64,000 nt of DNA, from contig JAKSOL010000009.1 of the NCBI GenBank assembly GCA_024405635.1, positions 15,022 through 79,021 of the forward strand. The letters are read 5' to 3'. This DNA is from Salinivirgaceae bacterium (GTDB taxonomy: Bacteria; Bacteroidota; Bacteroidia; Bacteroidales; SZUA-534). Below the pieces are notes generated by a model. The model made no database searches. It worked only from the letters and a program-made list of their open reading frames with translations, and was not told the origin of the DNA. The translations under genes and the position numbers were made by a program. This document shows positions 39,201 to 48,493 of this stretch, one piece after another; position 1 is the first letter of the stretch, and each line of letters opens with the position of its first letter.

Positions 39201-39653
39201 TTTACCACCCGCTTCTAACTTATTCAATGTCAATACTTTTGGATTTGAAGTGGTGGTTGAAACATAATAACCACTGTTTTGACTATTGGTTAAATCAGCC
39301 TTTTCAGTCATTAAGAAAAATTGAAAGTAGTTGGCTGTGGTTGGAGTAAAACCTGCAGTTTTCAAAGCAAAGCGCCAAATTGTTGTTCCTGCCGAAAAGT
39401 CGCAATTTGCCACACTTGCCGCAATAGTACTAGTTGCTGCAACATTTGGAGTAGAACTATGATGCAGCAAACCGCCGTCAGCCAACCAGTCGGAAGTATT
39501 TGTCCACTGGTCAAGATTTTCAAATTCGTCGGCAAACAATAAAGTCTGCTCCGAAGACTTGCTATTACTCAAATTAGGCGAAAAGGTCTGCGCGTGGGCA
39601 AAAGCCAAAAATAATGCGAGACAAACTAAACACAATGCCGTTTTTTTATTCAT
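36252..39653 (-). CDS. giant secreted protein with three lamin-tail domains, Ig-like spacers and a T9SS type B (gliding-motility-type) C-terminal sorting domain
   Basis: ATG 39653 gives the MNKKTALCLVCLALFLAFAHAQ signal; the track start 39695 is TTG. LTD signatures occur three times (VVVNEIFFDP...YDFFEIYN; LVITEIMATP...CEYVELYN; VVINEVLFN...CDFVELYN). C-terminus: FSPDNDGFDD...IFNAKGVRV...WSWDG...GVYVVY. Confidence 0.8.
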   Translation of the reverse strand: MNKKTALCLVCLALFLAFAHAQTFSPNLSNSKSSEQTLLFADEFENLDQWTNTSDWLADGGLLHHSSTPNVAATSTIAASVANCDFSAGTTIWRFALKTAGFTPTTANYFQFFLMTEKADLTNSQNSGYYVSTTTSNPKVLTLNKLEAGGKKSTLLKTDYVWTQDALICVEVIRAATGLWSISYGNSFNNLTTFASSTTDVTYSSSDSVGLLFTFIKGNVGKLWADSISVVYQPNPISVADFSFNGTDKITVSFSAEVDSASVCNTNNYMLQAGEVISVGYNSSQPKQVVLTVDELQVGSNNLTVSGVADVNGVEMTAAEQFDFEYWIAPQPGDVVVNEIFFDPTPVVALPEYDFFEIYNNRNYAISLNGWKVDVAGTQKELADVVIDANGYVIVTSSAATKEFAKYGTTVVGISTTSLTNTGRAIKLLSDKGAVIDSVSYTQSMIADTEKQAGGWSLERIDANNLCGGANNWAVSVADAGGTPGKQNSVKAKNIDNEQIVISSTHIANDKQIVLFLSELPDEQSVTFVANYQLDGKSPTSVSLNGLQLTLTFAQSFAVDTQLHLSVKDISDQCGNVIDDTTLTLVYHKVALYDLVITEIMATPEPTAGLPACEYVELYNRSNFDIETDSLSIKVGKTEAKLEHGVIGAHQYALVAKLSAVDSLAQFGNVIGSQKMPALPATGSISVLCQGNLVCYTNYSSSWYADELKKEGGFSLERISLLSADETGNNWAETIDVKGGTPCHPNSVAIDVADTIAPIALYAVPLSERKVRIVFNKMVIANDASLIEIQPTIGNMLSVVMAPDNYYAIDATLPVAINPNTDYSIIFSKQITDVFGNTIATDTLSLFMPMVAEVGDVVINEVLFNTKAGGCDFVELYNRSDHAVNIATFCLATRSAGAIKTPKHIEQPGYVLPAGGYVVLSTNSQLVMSQYATTDSLAFFNLAALPTYANDHGVVVLADTAGVVYDEFEYDKKMHFALLSSVEGVSLERIDPNKPTDNAANWHSAAEYTGGATPGYQNSCFAPIVSGNSTLSIENEAFSPDNDGFDDQLNICYQFENPGNVASVSIFNAKGVRVRKLVSNEQLGTSGFWSWDGLDDNGNRVPIGVYVVYCELFSTDGESKQIKKPCVVSARMD

Positions 39654-39778
39654 CTTTGTAGCGCTTTTGAAAATTGATTTTTCAAACGCAATCAACTGAT
39701 TATTAGATGATTAAAAATCAGTTTGATTACATTAGAAAATGTTGTAAGTAACTAAATATAATTCAAAATAAAAAGACT

Positions 39779-40786
39779 ATGAAGATAGCCGTAGTAGGAG
39801 CCAGCGGTGCAGTTGGCCAAGAATTCTTGAAGATCCTAAACGAGAGAGATCTTCCAATTGATGAGTTAGTCCTTTTTGGATCGGCTCGTAGTGCAGGAAC
39901 CGCATACGATTTCAAGGGAAAGAAAATCGTGGTAAAAGAGTTGAAACACAACGACGATTTTAAAGACATTGACATTGTATTGGCATCAGCAGGCGCAAGC
40001 ACATCAAAAGAATATGCCGAAACAATGACCAAATACGGCGCCATTATGATTGACAACTCAAGCGCATTCCGTATGGACAACGATGTTCCATTGGTTGTAC
40101 CTGAAGTTAACCCAGAGGACGCGCTAACCACTCCACGCAACATTATTGCAAACCCAAACTGCACTACCATTATTATGGTTGTAGTGCTTAAGGCTCTTGA
40201 GGAGTTGTCGCACATTAAACGCATTCACGTAGCAAGCTACCAAAGTGCTAGCGGTGCTGGTGCAATGGGTATGGCAGAGCTTGAACAACAAGTAAAAGAT
40301 TTTGCTGCAGGCAAAGACCTTACAGTAAACAAATTCTCGTCACAAATTTTGTTCAACGTTATTCCTCACATCGATGTATTCACCGATAACGACTACACCA
40401 AAGAGGAGATGAAGATGTATAACGAGACCAAAAAGATTATGCACTCTGACATTGAGGTAAGTTCAACTTGCGTGCGCGTGCCTGTAATGCGTGCTCACTC
40501 TGAAGCAATTTGGGCAGAAACAGCAGAGCCAGTTTCTCCTGAGGCTTTCCGCGCTGCTTGTGCAAAAGCCGCTGGTGTAACTGTAGTTGACAATCCTGCT
40601 AACAAAGAGTACCCAATGCCTTTGTTTGTTGCAGGACAAGACAACGTATCGGTTGGCCGTATCCGCAAAGACATTGCTAATCCAAACGGAATCACTTTCT
40701 GGTGCGTTGGCGACCAAATTCGCAAAGGTGCAGCTCTTAACGCTGTTCAAATTGCAGAATACCTTATCGCTAAAAAGTTCAAATAG
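39779..40786 (+). CDS. asd: aspartate-semialdehyde dehydrogenase
   Basis: [17 protein letters not shown] site, the NPNCTTI active-site Cys and the SASGAG region. Confidence 0.93.
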   Translation: MKIAVVGASGAVGQEFLKILNERDLPIDELVLFGSARSAGTAYDFKGKKIVVKELKHNDDFKDIDIVLASAGASTSKEYAETMTKYGAIMIDNSSAFRMDNDVPLVVPEVNPEDALTTPRNIIANPNCTTIIMVVVLKALEELSHIKRIHVASYQSASGAGAMGMAELEQQVKDFAAGKDLTVNKFSSQILFNVIPHIDVFTDNDYTKEEMKMYNETKKIMHSDIEVSSTCVRVPVMRAHSEAIWAETAEPVSPEAFRAACAKAAGVTVVDNPANKEYPMPLFVAGQDNVSVGRIRKDIANPNGITFWCVGDQIRKGAALNAVQIAEYLIAKKFK

Positions 40787-40809
40787 AACAATTTACAACA
40801 CAATAAATA

Positions 40810-40846
40810 AACGGGAATTGCCAAAAGGTGATTCCCGTTTTTTTTG
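40810..40846 (+). terminator. asd terminator
   Basis: Stem AACGGGAAT / ATTCCCGTT followed by T8. Confidence 0.8.
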
Positions 40847-40872
40847 TTGGTTAGTTTGAAATAAGCGACCAC

Positions 40873-40915
40873 AAAAAACCGCCAACAACCTCATTTTGCT
40901 TGGTTACTGGCGGTT
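40873..40915 (-). terminator. terminator of the 40942..41448 gene
   Basis: Stem AACCGCCA..AACC / GGTT..TGGCGGTT. On the minus strand it is followed by TTTTTTGTGG. Confidence 0.65.
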
Positions 40916-40941
40916 AAAGTTTTAATGCGATGTTGGGTGGG

Positions 40942-41448
40942 TTATTCTATTAGTGTCCAAGTTTCGCCATTATCCAAAATCACCCTTATGATACCATAGT
41001 TTTTTGCAACAACAATACTATTCTTATTATCATTTAGTATCACACATTGGTCGTATATTCCATATTGATCTTTATAAGGAATAGTATCTATTATATTAGA
41101 TGCGTTTATGCCACTTTTAACTCCAAAAGACAAATAAAAATTAATTTCTTTCCAATAATCGCTAGAATTTATACGGTAAAATAATAACGTATCTTGATAC
41201 GAGGCTTCTATTTCAATATAAGTTCCACAATCACAATCACAATTGCGTGATATTATTTCTTTGTCATACTTTCTATAGTTAAAAATGATAAATTCAATAG
41301 TATCATAACCTGTATCAAATCTAATAGTGTCGTTCAATTCATATGGAATAAAAGACTCTAATTCTTCTGGAAAATTTGGACAATGGCGTTCTTTACTACA
41401 AGAAAACAAGCACATACCTAAAATTAGGATAGATAAAAGATTCTTCAT
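40942..41448 (-). CDS. small hypothetical lipoprotein
   Basis: MKNLLSILILGMCLFSCSKE lipobox. Visibly more AT-rich than its neighbours. No family recognised. Confidence 0.6.
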   Translation of the reverse strand: MKNLLSILILGMCLFSCSKERHCPNFPEELESFIPYELNDTIRFDTGYDTIEFIIFNYRKYDKEIISRNCDCDCGTYIEIEASYQDTLLFYRINSSDYWKEINFYLSFGVKSGINASNIIDTIPYKDQYGIYDQCVILNDNKNSIVVAKNYGIIRVILDNGETWTLIE

Positions 41449-41597
41449 CGCATTAAGTTTTTAATTACGGCTTTAAACTTTACTCCTTTTTCAACTTTAA
41501 AACCAGAAGTTTGCATTACTTTTTCTTTTACTTCAAGTTCAACTTGTTTTTAGACAAAAAATCTAAAACTCTGAAAATTCCAAACAAATAGGTAATC

Positions 41598-42356
41598 CTA
41601 CCCCACAAGTTTTACCAGCCATTTAGGCCAAACAGCAAAGGTTGCTACAGCTACAAACTCACCTGCAGCATCGCAAAGCAAATCAACCACATCGCCCGAC
41701 CGACCAGTAATCCAAAGTTGCTGAATTACCTCAATTGCCGCAGCATATACCAAGGTTGCTAACAAAATAGCCACATATTGTCGGCGAACTATTCCTTGCT
41801 TTACATACAGCGAATGGGTTAAAAATCCACAACCAAAAAACATACAGAAGTGCATCACTTTGTCTAAATGAGGAATATTGAGCCATCCTATTTCGGGCAG
41901 TTTGGTTGCTGGCGATAGGCACAAATACGACACAAACATTGTCCACAAAACCATTTTAACTTTGGTTATGGTTGCTGCATTTCTAATGTTTTTAATTAGT
42001 GATTTAAAGTTTGTCAGACCCAAAACCAAGCCGCATACATTGCAGTACCAATCAACATAGTCGCCCGATCGGCCTGGAATGAAAAAATGTTGAGCCACCT
42101 CGGTTGCAACGGAAAACAACAATTCGAGTATCACAACCACGCTCAAAACCCAATGCGAAAATGCTTTTTCGGTCCAAAGTCGGTTGGTAAGTTGGCCTAA
42201 TACAAAAAACAAAAACAGATGAAAAGCCTTATCGATATAGCACTCTACTATCCATGGGTGCTGCCCCATAAATGAACCTGGTAGCATGCAAATGCCGGTT
42301 ACCAAAATCACCCATGCGGCCAGCAGAAAGTAGGTTATGTTGTTTTGTCTTTTCAT
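41598..42356 (-). CDS. VanZ family membrane protein (two VanZ-like halves)
   Basis: 252 aa with repeated pattern DK..H...F..... and GRSGDxxDxxCN(V/A)xG seen twice (GRSGDYVDWYCNVCG, GRSGDVVDLLCDAAG). Confidence 0.7.
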   Translation of the reverse strand: MKRQNNITYFLLAAWVILVTGICMLPGSFMGQHPWIVECYIDKAFHLFLFFVLGQLTNRLWTEKAFSHWVLSVVVILELLFSVATEVAQHFFIPGRSGDYVDWYCNVCGLVLGLTNFKSLIKNIRNAATITKVKMVLWTMFVSYLCLSPATKLPEIGWLNIPHLDKVMHFCMFFGCGFLTHSLYVKQGIVRRQYVAILLATLVYAAAIEVIQQLWITGRSGDVVDLLCDAAGEFVAVATFAVWPKWLVKLVG

Positions 42357-44266
42357 TTGTTCAAAAATAGCAAGTTATCGGCATTTTGCGAAAGTTGCTT
42401 GTTATCCATCATCCACCTAATAACTCGCAATAAAGTGTCGGGATTGTGGTTCAAACCATCAACTAAATCGGTTATCGTTTTTTTGCTATCGGCAAGACTT
42501 TGGCGAATATCCATTAGCATGGTTTCGAATTGCGCATTGCTGATGTCCAGAAAATTTTTGCGCAAACAATGGTCGCATGTTCCGCACGGACGCACGTTGC
42601 TCATACCAAAATACTCAAGCAACATTTGCACACGGCATCGGTCGGCTGTGGCATACTTAACCACAGCGTTTATTTTTTCAACAAACAGTTTCTTTCTATC
42701 GAGATAAATGGACGGAGGGAAATACAGCGCCTCGGTTGCCAAACGCTCTTCGGTGAAATAAATTTGCGGTAGTTTTTTCTGCGGTATGTAGTCAATTATA
42801 CGGTCGTGAGCAAGTTTTTTCAAGAACTCGTAAATCTGTTGTCGACCTATATTTTCCTTTTTCATGTTTTTGGCAAGTTGAGCCTCGTCAATAGGCCTAT
42901 ACTCGCTAAACAAACCTGTATAAGACCTCAACAACACGCGAATAAAATCTTCTTCGTCGGCATTAACTGATTGATAGTTGTACAAATCGTCGCGATCAAC
43001 AATAAACATAATTCGCGAGCTGTTTTTTGGATCGGCATCAAACTCCAAATAGCCAGCTTGTTGCAAAATGCTAAGACTGCCCAAAGCAATGTTTGGTTCA
43101 ACGTGAAATTTTTGAACAAAATCGGCCAAATTGAAATCGAACGAGCGGTCTTTTCCCCACTCGATTGGTACTTGCAAATAGTCGCAAACTTTGTTGTAAA
43201 CCTCGCGAACGGTTTGCAAATCGGGATAATTGTGGTCAACTCTTTGCGAAAGTTTTGACGAGTCGCGATTTTGGTACAACATAACGGCATAGGCACGTTT
43301 TTCGTCGCGGCCACCACGTCCAGCCTCTTGAAAATAAGCCTCAAGCGAGTCGGGCAAATCAACATGAATAACAAATCGCACATCGGGTTTGTCGATGCCC
43401 ATGCCAAAAGCGTTGGTTGCAACAATAACTCGCGTGTTGCCCAATTTCCACTGAGTTTGTTTCAAATCGCGTTCTTCTGGCGACAATCCAGCATGATAAA
43501 AGTCGGCGCTTATTCCATTTTGGCAAAGAAAATCGGCATACTCTTTAGTGCGATTGCGGCTGCGAGCATACACTATTCCTGTACCGGGAATGGAGTTAAT
43601 AATTTTAAGTACATACTGAGGTTTGTCTTCGGTTTGACGAACCATGTAAGTAAGGTTTGGACGCTCAAAACTCTTGCGAAAAACATTTTTCTGCTTAAAA
43701 TCTAATTGTTTTTGAATATCGTCAACCACTAGCGGAGTTGCTGTTGCAGTAACTGCTAGCACTGGAGCGTCGGGTATAAGTTTGCGTATTTGAGCAATTT
43801 GCAAATAATGTGGGCGGAAATCGTATCCCCATTGCGAGATGCAGTGAGCTTCGTCAATAGCCAAAAGATTGACTTGCATGCGTTTCAAATGGTCGCGAAA
43901 AGCCGATGAGCTAAGACGCTCGGGCGAGCAATAGAGGAATTTGGTATCGGGGTCGTTGGCACAATTCTCGAGTGCAATTTTTATTTCCCACGACGACATT
44001 CCTGTGTAAATGGCGTAAGCTTTTATTCCGTGTGAGCGCAGATTTTCAACCTGATCTTTCATAAGCGCAATAAGCGGCGTAACAACCACACACACACCAC
44101 TTAAGGCCAATGCCGGCACCTGAAAAGTTATGGATTTGCCGCCACCCGTAGGCATTAGCGCAAGAGTATCGCGCCCCTCGCCAACCGAAGTGATTATTTC
44201 TTCTTGTAGCGGGCGAAATGATTTATAACCCCAATATTTTTCAAGTATGTCGGTGTATTTACTCAA
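42353..44266 (-). CDS. recQ: ATP-dependent DNA helicase RecQ
   Basis: 637 aa with FRPLQEEII, PTGGGKS, DEAHCISQWGYDFRP, the zinc-binding C..C..C cluster (CGTCDHC) and a C-terminal HRDC-like region. TTG start in the track; ATGA overlap with the VanZ gene. Confidence 0.92.
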   Translation of the reverse strand: MSKYTDILEKYWGYKSFRPLQEEIITSVGEGRDTLALMPTGGGKSITFQVPALALSGVCVVVTPLIALMKDQVENLRSHGIKAYAIYTGMSSWEIKIALENCANDPDTKFLYCSPERLSSSAFRDHLKRMQVNLLAIDEAHCISQWGYDFRPHYLQIAQIRKLIPDAPVLAVTATATPLVVDDIQKQLDFKQKNVFRKSFERPNLTYMVRQTEDKPQYVLKIINSIPGTGIVYARSRNRTKEYADFLCQNGISADFYHAGLSPEERDLKQTQWKLGNTRVIVATNAFGMGIDKPDVRFVIHVDLPDSLEAYFQEAGRGGRDEKRAYAVMLYQNRDSSKLSQRVDHNYPDLQTVREVYNKVCDYLQVPIEWGKDRSFDFNLADFVQKFHVEPNIALGSLSILQQAGYLEFDADPKNSSRIMFIVDRDDLYNYQSVNADEEDFIRVLLRSYTGLFSEYRPIDEAQLAKNMKKENIGRQQIYEFLKKLAHDRIIDYIPQKKLPQIYFTEERLATEALYFPPSIYLDRKKLFVEKINAVVKYATADRCRVQMLLEYFGMSNVRPCGTCDHCLRKNFLDISNAQFETMLMDIRQSLADSKKTITDLVDGLNHNPDTLLRVIRWMMDNKQLSQNADNLLFLNK

Positions 44267-44343
44267 CTTTGCTTTCTATTTCTGATTCGCGATTAACCAA
44301 TTAGCAAACGGTTATTATTCTGCCAATTGCGCTCGTCAAATTA

Positions 44344-45069
44344 TTACTTGCGACCAATATAAATGGCAGCAATGCCCATTGAAAGTACTTTGTAAGTAAC
44401 GTTGCTGAAACCACAACGCAGCATTATATCGGCAAAATTGTCGTATTGCGGAAAAGCCTGAACCGACTCGGGCAAGTATGTGTATGCACGGTCGTCGTTT
44501 GACACCATACGGCCAATTACAGGCAAAATGTACTTAAAGTAAAACTTGTATAATTGTTTAACAGGGAAACGGCGCGGCATTGTAAATTCAAGCACCACAC
44601 AAACGCCATCTTTGGCCAAAATTCGGTGCATTTGTTTCAAACCAGCCTCAAGATTCTCAAAGTTACGAGCGCCAAACGAAACTGTTGTTGCATCAAACTC
44701 GCCATCGGCAAACGGCAGATTTTCGGCATCGCCTTTTTGTAAACCAATAATATTTTGCAATCCGCGTTTTGCAACCTTTTCGCGACCAATAGCCAACATG
44801 TTTTCCGACAAATCGATGCCAACAATTTGTTTAGCCTGAGTTTTGGTAAGGGCAATGGCAAGATCGGCGGTGCCGGTTGCCACATCAAGAACACGTGTTG
44901 GTGCGTATTTGCCCACAATTTTCACCACTTTGCGACGCCAAATTTTATCGATGTTGAGCGATAGTGTATGGTTTAGCAAATCGTAGTGAGTGGCAATGCT
45001 ATCAAACATTCCCTCAACCTGAACTTTTTTCGAATCGCTATTATTGCTATTTGGTAGGACTGTTGCCAT
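44344..45069 (-). CDS. ubiE: demethylmenaquinone / ubiquinone biosynthesis C-methyltransferase
   Basis: FDSIATHYDLLNH, VLDVATGTADLAI, the SFGARN region and the family's typical length. Confidence 0.9.
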   Translation of the reverse strand: MATVLPNSNNSDSKKVQVEGMFDSIATHYDLLNHTLSLNIDKIWRRKVVKIVGKYAPTRVLDVATGTADLAIALTKTQAKQIVGIDLSENMLAIGREKVAKRGLQNIIGLQKGDAENLPFADGEFDATTVSFGARNFENLEAGLKQMHRILAKDGVCVVLEFTMPRRFPVKQLYKFYFKYILPVIGRMVSNDDRAYTYLPESVQAFPQYDNFADIMLRCGFSNVTYKVLSMGIAAIYIGRK

Positions 45070-45088
45070 TTGTATAAATTATTTATAA

Positions 45089-45493
45089 TCAATACATTTC
45101 GTATTGATATGTTTTTCGTTTCTTAATTTTTCCTTTTGCACCAAATTCCGATTTTTCAATTCTCAATCGGCCATTGTATTTATATTCAACCTTATCGTCA
45201 ATGGTACCGTCGGGATTGTAAATAATGTCTGAAATGTGGTTGCCTTCAGCGTCGTAAGAACTCACTGTGCGGCTTTTAACTTTGCCATTATCTTCAAACT
45301 CAATTTCTTCAACGGCATTGCCATTTTGGTCGAATGTTGTTACCGATTTTTTAATCTTTTTGGGCTCTTTGCCGTCTTTTTCAAAAACCTCTTCGTACTC
45401 GGTAACTGTTTTTACATTGGCATAACGTTTTTGCGCGTTTGCCGCACCCGAAACAACCAAAAAGAAGAAGAGTAATGCAAATAGTTTTTTCAT
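45089..45493 (-). CDS. secreted hypothetical protein with short repeated D/N-G-containing beta-hairpin-like motifs
   Basis: Signal peptide MKKLFALLFFFLVVSGAANAQ. Repeats of the type FDQNGNAVEE / YDAEGNHISD / YNPDGTIDDK. Confidence 0.6.
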   Translation of the reverse strand: MKKLFALLFFFLVVSGAANAQKRYANVKTVTEYEEVFEKDGKEPKKIKKSVTTFDQNGNAVEEIEFEDNGKVKSRTVSSYDAEGNHISDIIYNPDGTIDDKVEYKYNGRLRIEKSEFGAKGKIKKRKTYQYEMY

Positions 45494-45496
45494 AAA

Positions 45497-46327
45497 TTAT
45501 TTATTTTCCAGGCTTTTAGCCTCGTTCCAATACTTATCCATTTCGGCTAAATCGCAATCGCGCAATTGTTTGCCTTGCTCTTTAATTTTTTGTTCAACGT
45601 AGTTAAACCGGCGCAAGAACTTTTGGTTTGTTCGCTCAAGTGCATCTTCGGGATTGATTTTGTATAAACGGCCAGCGTTTACAAGGCTGAACAAAAGGTC
45701 GCCAAACTCGTTTTTTGCAGCCTCCGACTTTGGATTGGCTTGCATTTCAGCACTAAACTCAGCAAGTTCTTCGTTTACCTTATCCCACACTTGCTCAGGT
45801 TTTTCCCAATCGAAACCGCTGCTGCTGGTTTTTTCTTGCATGCGATAGGCTTTAACCAATGCAGGCAAACTGGCGGGCACACCCTCAAGAACATTGCTTT
45901 TACGGCCTTTTTCTTTCAGTTTCAATTGTTCCCAATTACGCGACACGTCGTCGGCTGTGGGCGCATTTACACCGCCAAACACATGCGGATGCCTGTATAT
46001 CATTTTTTGATTAAGCGCATCAATCACATCGGCAATGTCAAACTCGCTTTGTTCGTCGGCAATTTTTGCGTAAAAAATAATGTGCAACAACACATCGCCC
46101 AGTTCTTTTTTAATATCGGGCATGTTTTTCGATATAATAGCATCGGCAAGTTCGTATGTTTCCTCAATAGTAAGCGTGCGCAGTGAGTCGAAAGTTTGAC
46201 TGCCGTCCCAAGGACATTTTGCACGCAATTCGTCCATTATGTCAAGCAGTTTATTAAATTCTTGTAGCTGATGCGCTCTTTTTTGGGGAACATTCATCAC
46301 CAACTCTGTAGTTTCGGTATTATTCAT
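45497..46327 (-). CDS. mazG: nucleoside triphosphate pyrophosphohydrolase MazG
   Basis: CPWDGSQTFDSLRTLTIEETYELADAI plus a second MazG repeat (EELAEF...EFGDLLFSLVN). Confidence 0.9.
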   Translation of the reverse strand: MNNTETTELVMNVPQKRAHQLQEFNKLLDIMDELRAKCPWDGSQTFDSLRTLTIEETYELADAIISKNMPDIKKELGDVLLHIIFYAKIADEQSEFDIADVIDALNQKMIYRHPHVFGGVNAPTADDVSRNWEQLKLKEKGRKSNVLEGVPASLPALVKAYRMQEKTSSSGFDWEKPEQVWDKVNEELAEFSAEMQANPKSEAAKNEFGDLLFSLVNAGRLYKINPEDALERTNQKFLRRFNYVEQKIKEQGKQLRDCDLAEMDKYWNEAKSLENK

Positions 46328-47144
46328 TTGTCATAAAAATATAATCGTTCAACCTATCGGGGCAAACAACTGTAACTGAGTCGTTTATGTCAACGTTTAT
46401 CAGTCGGGCCAAGTTGTCGTGTTTTATGCCAATTTCAATCAAGCCAAGCTTATTTACAAGAGCAAACATTTCGCCCGACTTGACGTTGCTATAGAGTTTT
46501 GACACATGGTTAACGTCAAAACCAACGGCTTTATTAATCATCAATTTGCAATTTTCAATCACAAAACCACAATTGACGAGTGTTTCGCAAGTAATGTTTG
46601 TAAAAATATTGCCATACGAGTCAATATGAATGATGCTTGCCGATATGCGTTCGCCATCAAAAGCTGGCATAAATCCGCGCCAATCAATTTCGGAGGTTAT
46701 GTCGGTTCCAAGTTCTTCAATGTTGTAACCATTTGACAGCATAATGGCTGTGCTAGCAATAACATCAAAATCAGGAAAAGTTGAATTCATCATGTCGTCG
46801 TCAAAAACCTCAATACGCACAATGCGTTCGGGCCGACTACTGAAAATTGCGCGAATGGCAGCCATGCCGCAGGCGATAAAAAACTGACCTTTTTCCATAA
46901 CGCACAAAGGCTGTTTGTCGGCAGTTATTTCGGTATTGACGCAAATAAGATGAATGGTTCCCTCTTGGTAGTATTTATAGCAGCCACGCAAAACCAATCC
47001 GGCTGTGCTATCGTGAAAACTTTTAATGCTGTTTGTTATTTCAACAACCTGAATATCTGAGCAATACGAATACAATTGACCTTTTATGGCTCCTGCATAA
47101 TAGTCGCCACCGTTCCAGTCTGATGTAAGCGTAATTGTTCTCAT
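46320..47144 (-). CDS. SAM hydroxide adenosyltransferase (DUF62, chlorinase/fluorinase-like) family protein
   Basis: ITLTSDWNGGDYYAGAIKGQL... and IHIDSYGN fit the DUF62 pattern. The track start 47150 is GTG; ATG is at 47144. It overlaps mazG by 8 nt. Confidence 0.75.
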   Translation of the reverse strand: MRTITLTSDWNGGDYYAGAIKGQLYSYCSDIQVVEITNSIKSFHDSTAGLVLRGCYKYYQEGTIHLICVNTEITADKQPLCVMEKGQFFIACGMAAIRAIFSSRPERIVRIEVFDDDMMNSTFPDFDVIASTAIMLSNGYNIEELGTDITSEIDWRGFMPAFDGERISASIIHIDSYGNIFTNITCETLVNCGFVIENCKLMINKAVGFDVNHVSKLYSNVKSGEMFALVNKLGLIEIGIKHDNLARLINVDINDSVTVVCPDRLNDYIFMTNE

Positions 47145-47205
47145 TTGCACATTATAGTAGTGGCAAATATACTACTTACAAACTAGCAAAACCAAAGCAA
47201 AATAC

Positions 47206-48003
47206 TCAAACGGATTTCTTGGCAGCCAACTCTCTTTTTGCAAACCGATATTGATACATGATTTTTGCCGAACCCAATGTTACAAAGTATTGCAGTACAG
47301 CCAATAGCAAGCCAACCACAATGAATCCCCAAAACAAGAAATTTGGTTTCAACATTATGCCCGAAATTGAGAAAAGATAATCGGATATATTAGCTAAATC
47401 GCTAAACATCAACAATATGCCTATAGCCTGAATTACCAACAACGTAACCGAGGTAAAAATAGCTACTTGGGTTGATGCAGCATAAGCCCGTTTTTTTGTT
47501 AATCCAGGACTTAAATACCTAAACGACACATAGTTACCAGCTACTATACCAAGAAAAACATTGGCAAAAGGCAAACCCATAGCCAATCCCATAAGAAACA
47601 CCGAAACGTAAACGTAAATGATGCCTAAAATCCATTTGTTTACTGTAAAAAACGGGCTTCCTGCAAGCAACGACCAATCTATTAATACTCCAACTACAAA
47701 ACCTGCAGTACCTATAAGCAATACTCCAATTGGAGGAAAAAAAAGCGAAGCTATAGCAACTGTTATAAAAGTTGTGAAAAATGGAGCAAGAGCCCAATAG
47801 AAGAAAATTGAGAATAGTTTAGGAAAATAGCAAACCACGTCGAGTAACACACCTAGAGCAACACCCATTGCTGCCACTCGCCACGATGGCACATCGTTTC
47901 CGTTATACAAACGCAAATTCCACACAGCAACCCCACAAACCACTGGCAACACAAGTGCCAACAGCAGTACTTTAAGCCTCAACTTCCATCCTATTGTTTG
48001 CAT
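47206..48003 (-). CDS. polytopic membrane protein, unknown function
   Basis: 265 aa with about 7-8 hydrophobic helices and no recognised motif. Confidence 0.6.
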   Translation of the reverse strand: MQTIGWKLRLKVLLLALVLPVVCGVAVWNLRLYNGNDVPSWRVAAMGVALGVLLDVVCYFPKLFSIFFYWALAPFFTTFITVAIASLFFPPIGVLLIGTAGFVVGVLIDWSLLAGSPFFTVNKWILGIIYVYVSVFLMGLAMGLPFANVFLGIVAGNYVSFRYLSPGLTKKRAYAASTQVAIFTSVTLLVIQAIGILLMFSDLANISDYLFSISGIMLKPNFLFWGFIVVGLLLAVLQYFVTLGSAKIMYQYRFAKRELAAKKSV

Positions 48004-48087
48004 TTTTTAACAATCTAACGAGCCACAAAAATAAAAGCATTTGCACCATTTTTAATACTTTCGCAACTCACTTAACACAAAAGAAAT

Positions 48088-48459
48088 ATGACAATTGGAA
48101 CTTTTATCGGACTAATACTTATTGGTATTGTAACTGGTGCATTATCAGGCATTTTAGGAATTGGAGGCGGGATTGTAATGATTCCCGCAATGGTTTATTT
48201 TCTTGGATTTTCGCAACAAGAATCGGCCGCCACTAGTTTGGCCATTATGCTTCCTCCTATCAGTATTTTTGCAGTAATGAACTATTGGAAAGCTGGCATG
48301 GTTAACATTAAAGTTGCTTTGATAATGATGACCGCCTTTATGATTGGTAGTTATTACTCATCAAAATTGGCCATTATACTTCCCGAGCATTACATTAAGA
48401 AAGGCTTTGCCATTTTATTGGCTTTCACCGCAGTACGAATGTTTCTTGATAATAAATAG
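48088..48459 (+). CDS. half-size TauE/SafE (TSUP) family membrane transporter
   Basis: 123 aa with four predicted TM helices. GALSGILGIGGGIVMIPAM is the TSUP signature. Confidence 0.75.
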   Translation: MTIGTFIGLILIGIVTGALSGILGIGGGIVMIPAMVYFLGFSQQESAATSLAIMLPPISIFAVMNYWKAGMVNIKVALIMMTAFMIGSYYSSKLAIILPEHYIKKGFAILLAFTAVRMFLDNK

Positions 48460-48493
48460 TGCGTTTACACCGCATTATTTGTTTTGATATGAA

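Noticed and set aside
42928-43705. 165-aa minus-strand and 144-aa plus-strand ORFs inside recQ.
   Set aside because: These are out-of-frame or antisense to a gene with complete helicase motifs, and no independent signals are present.
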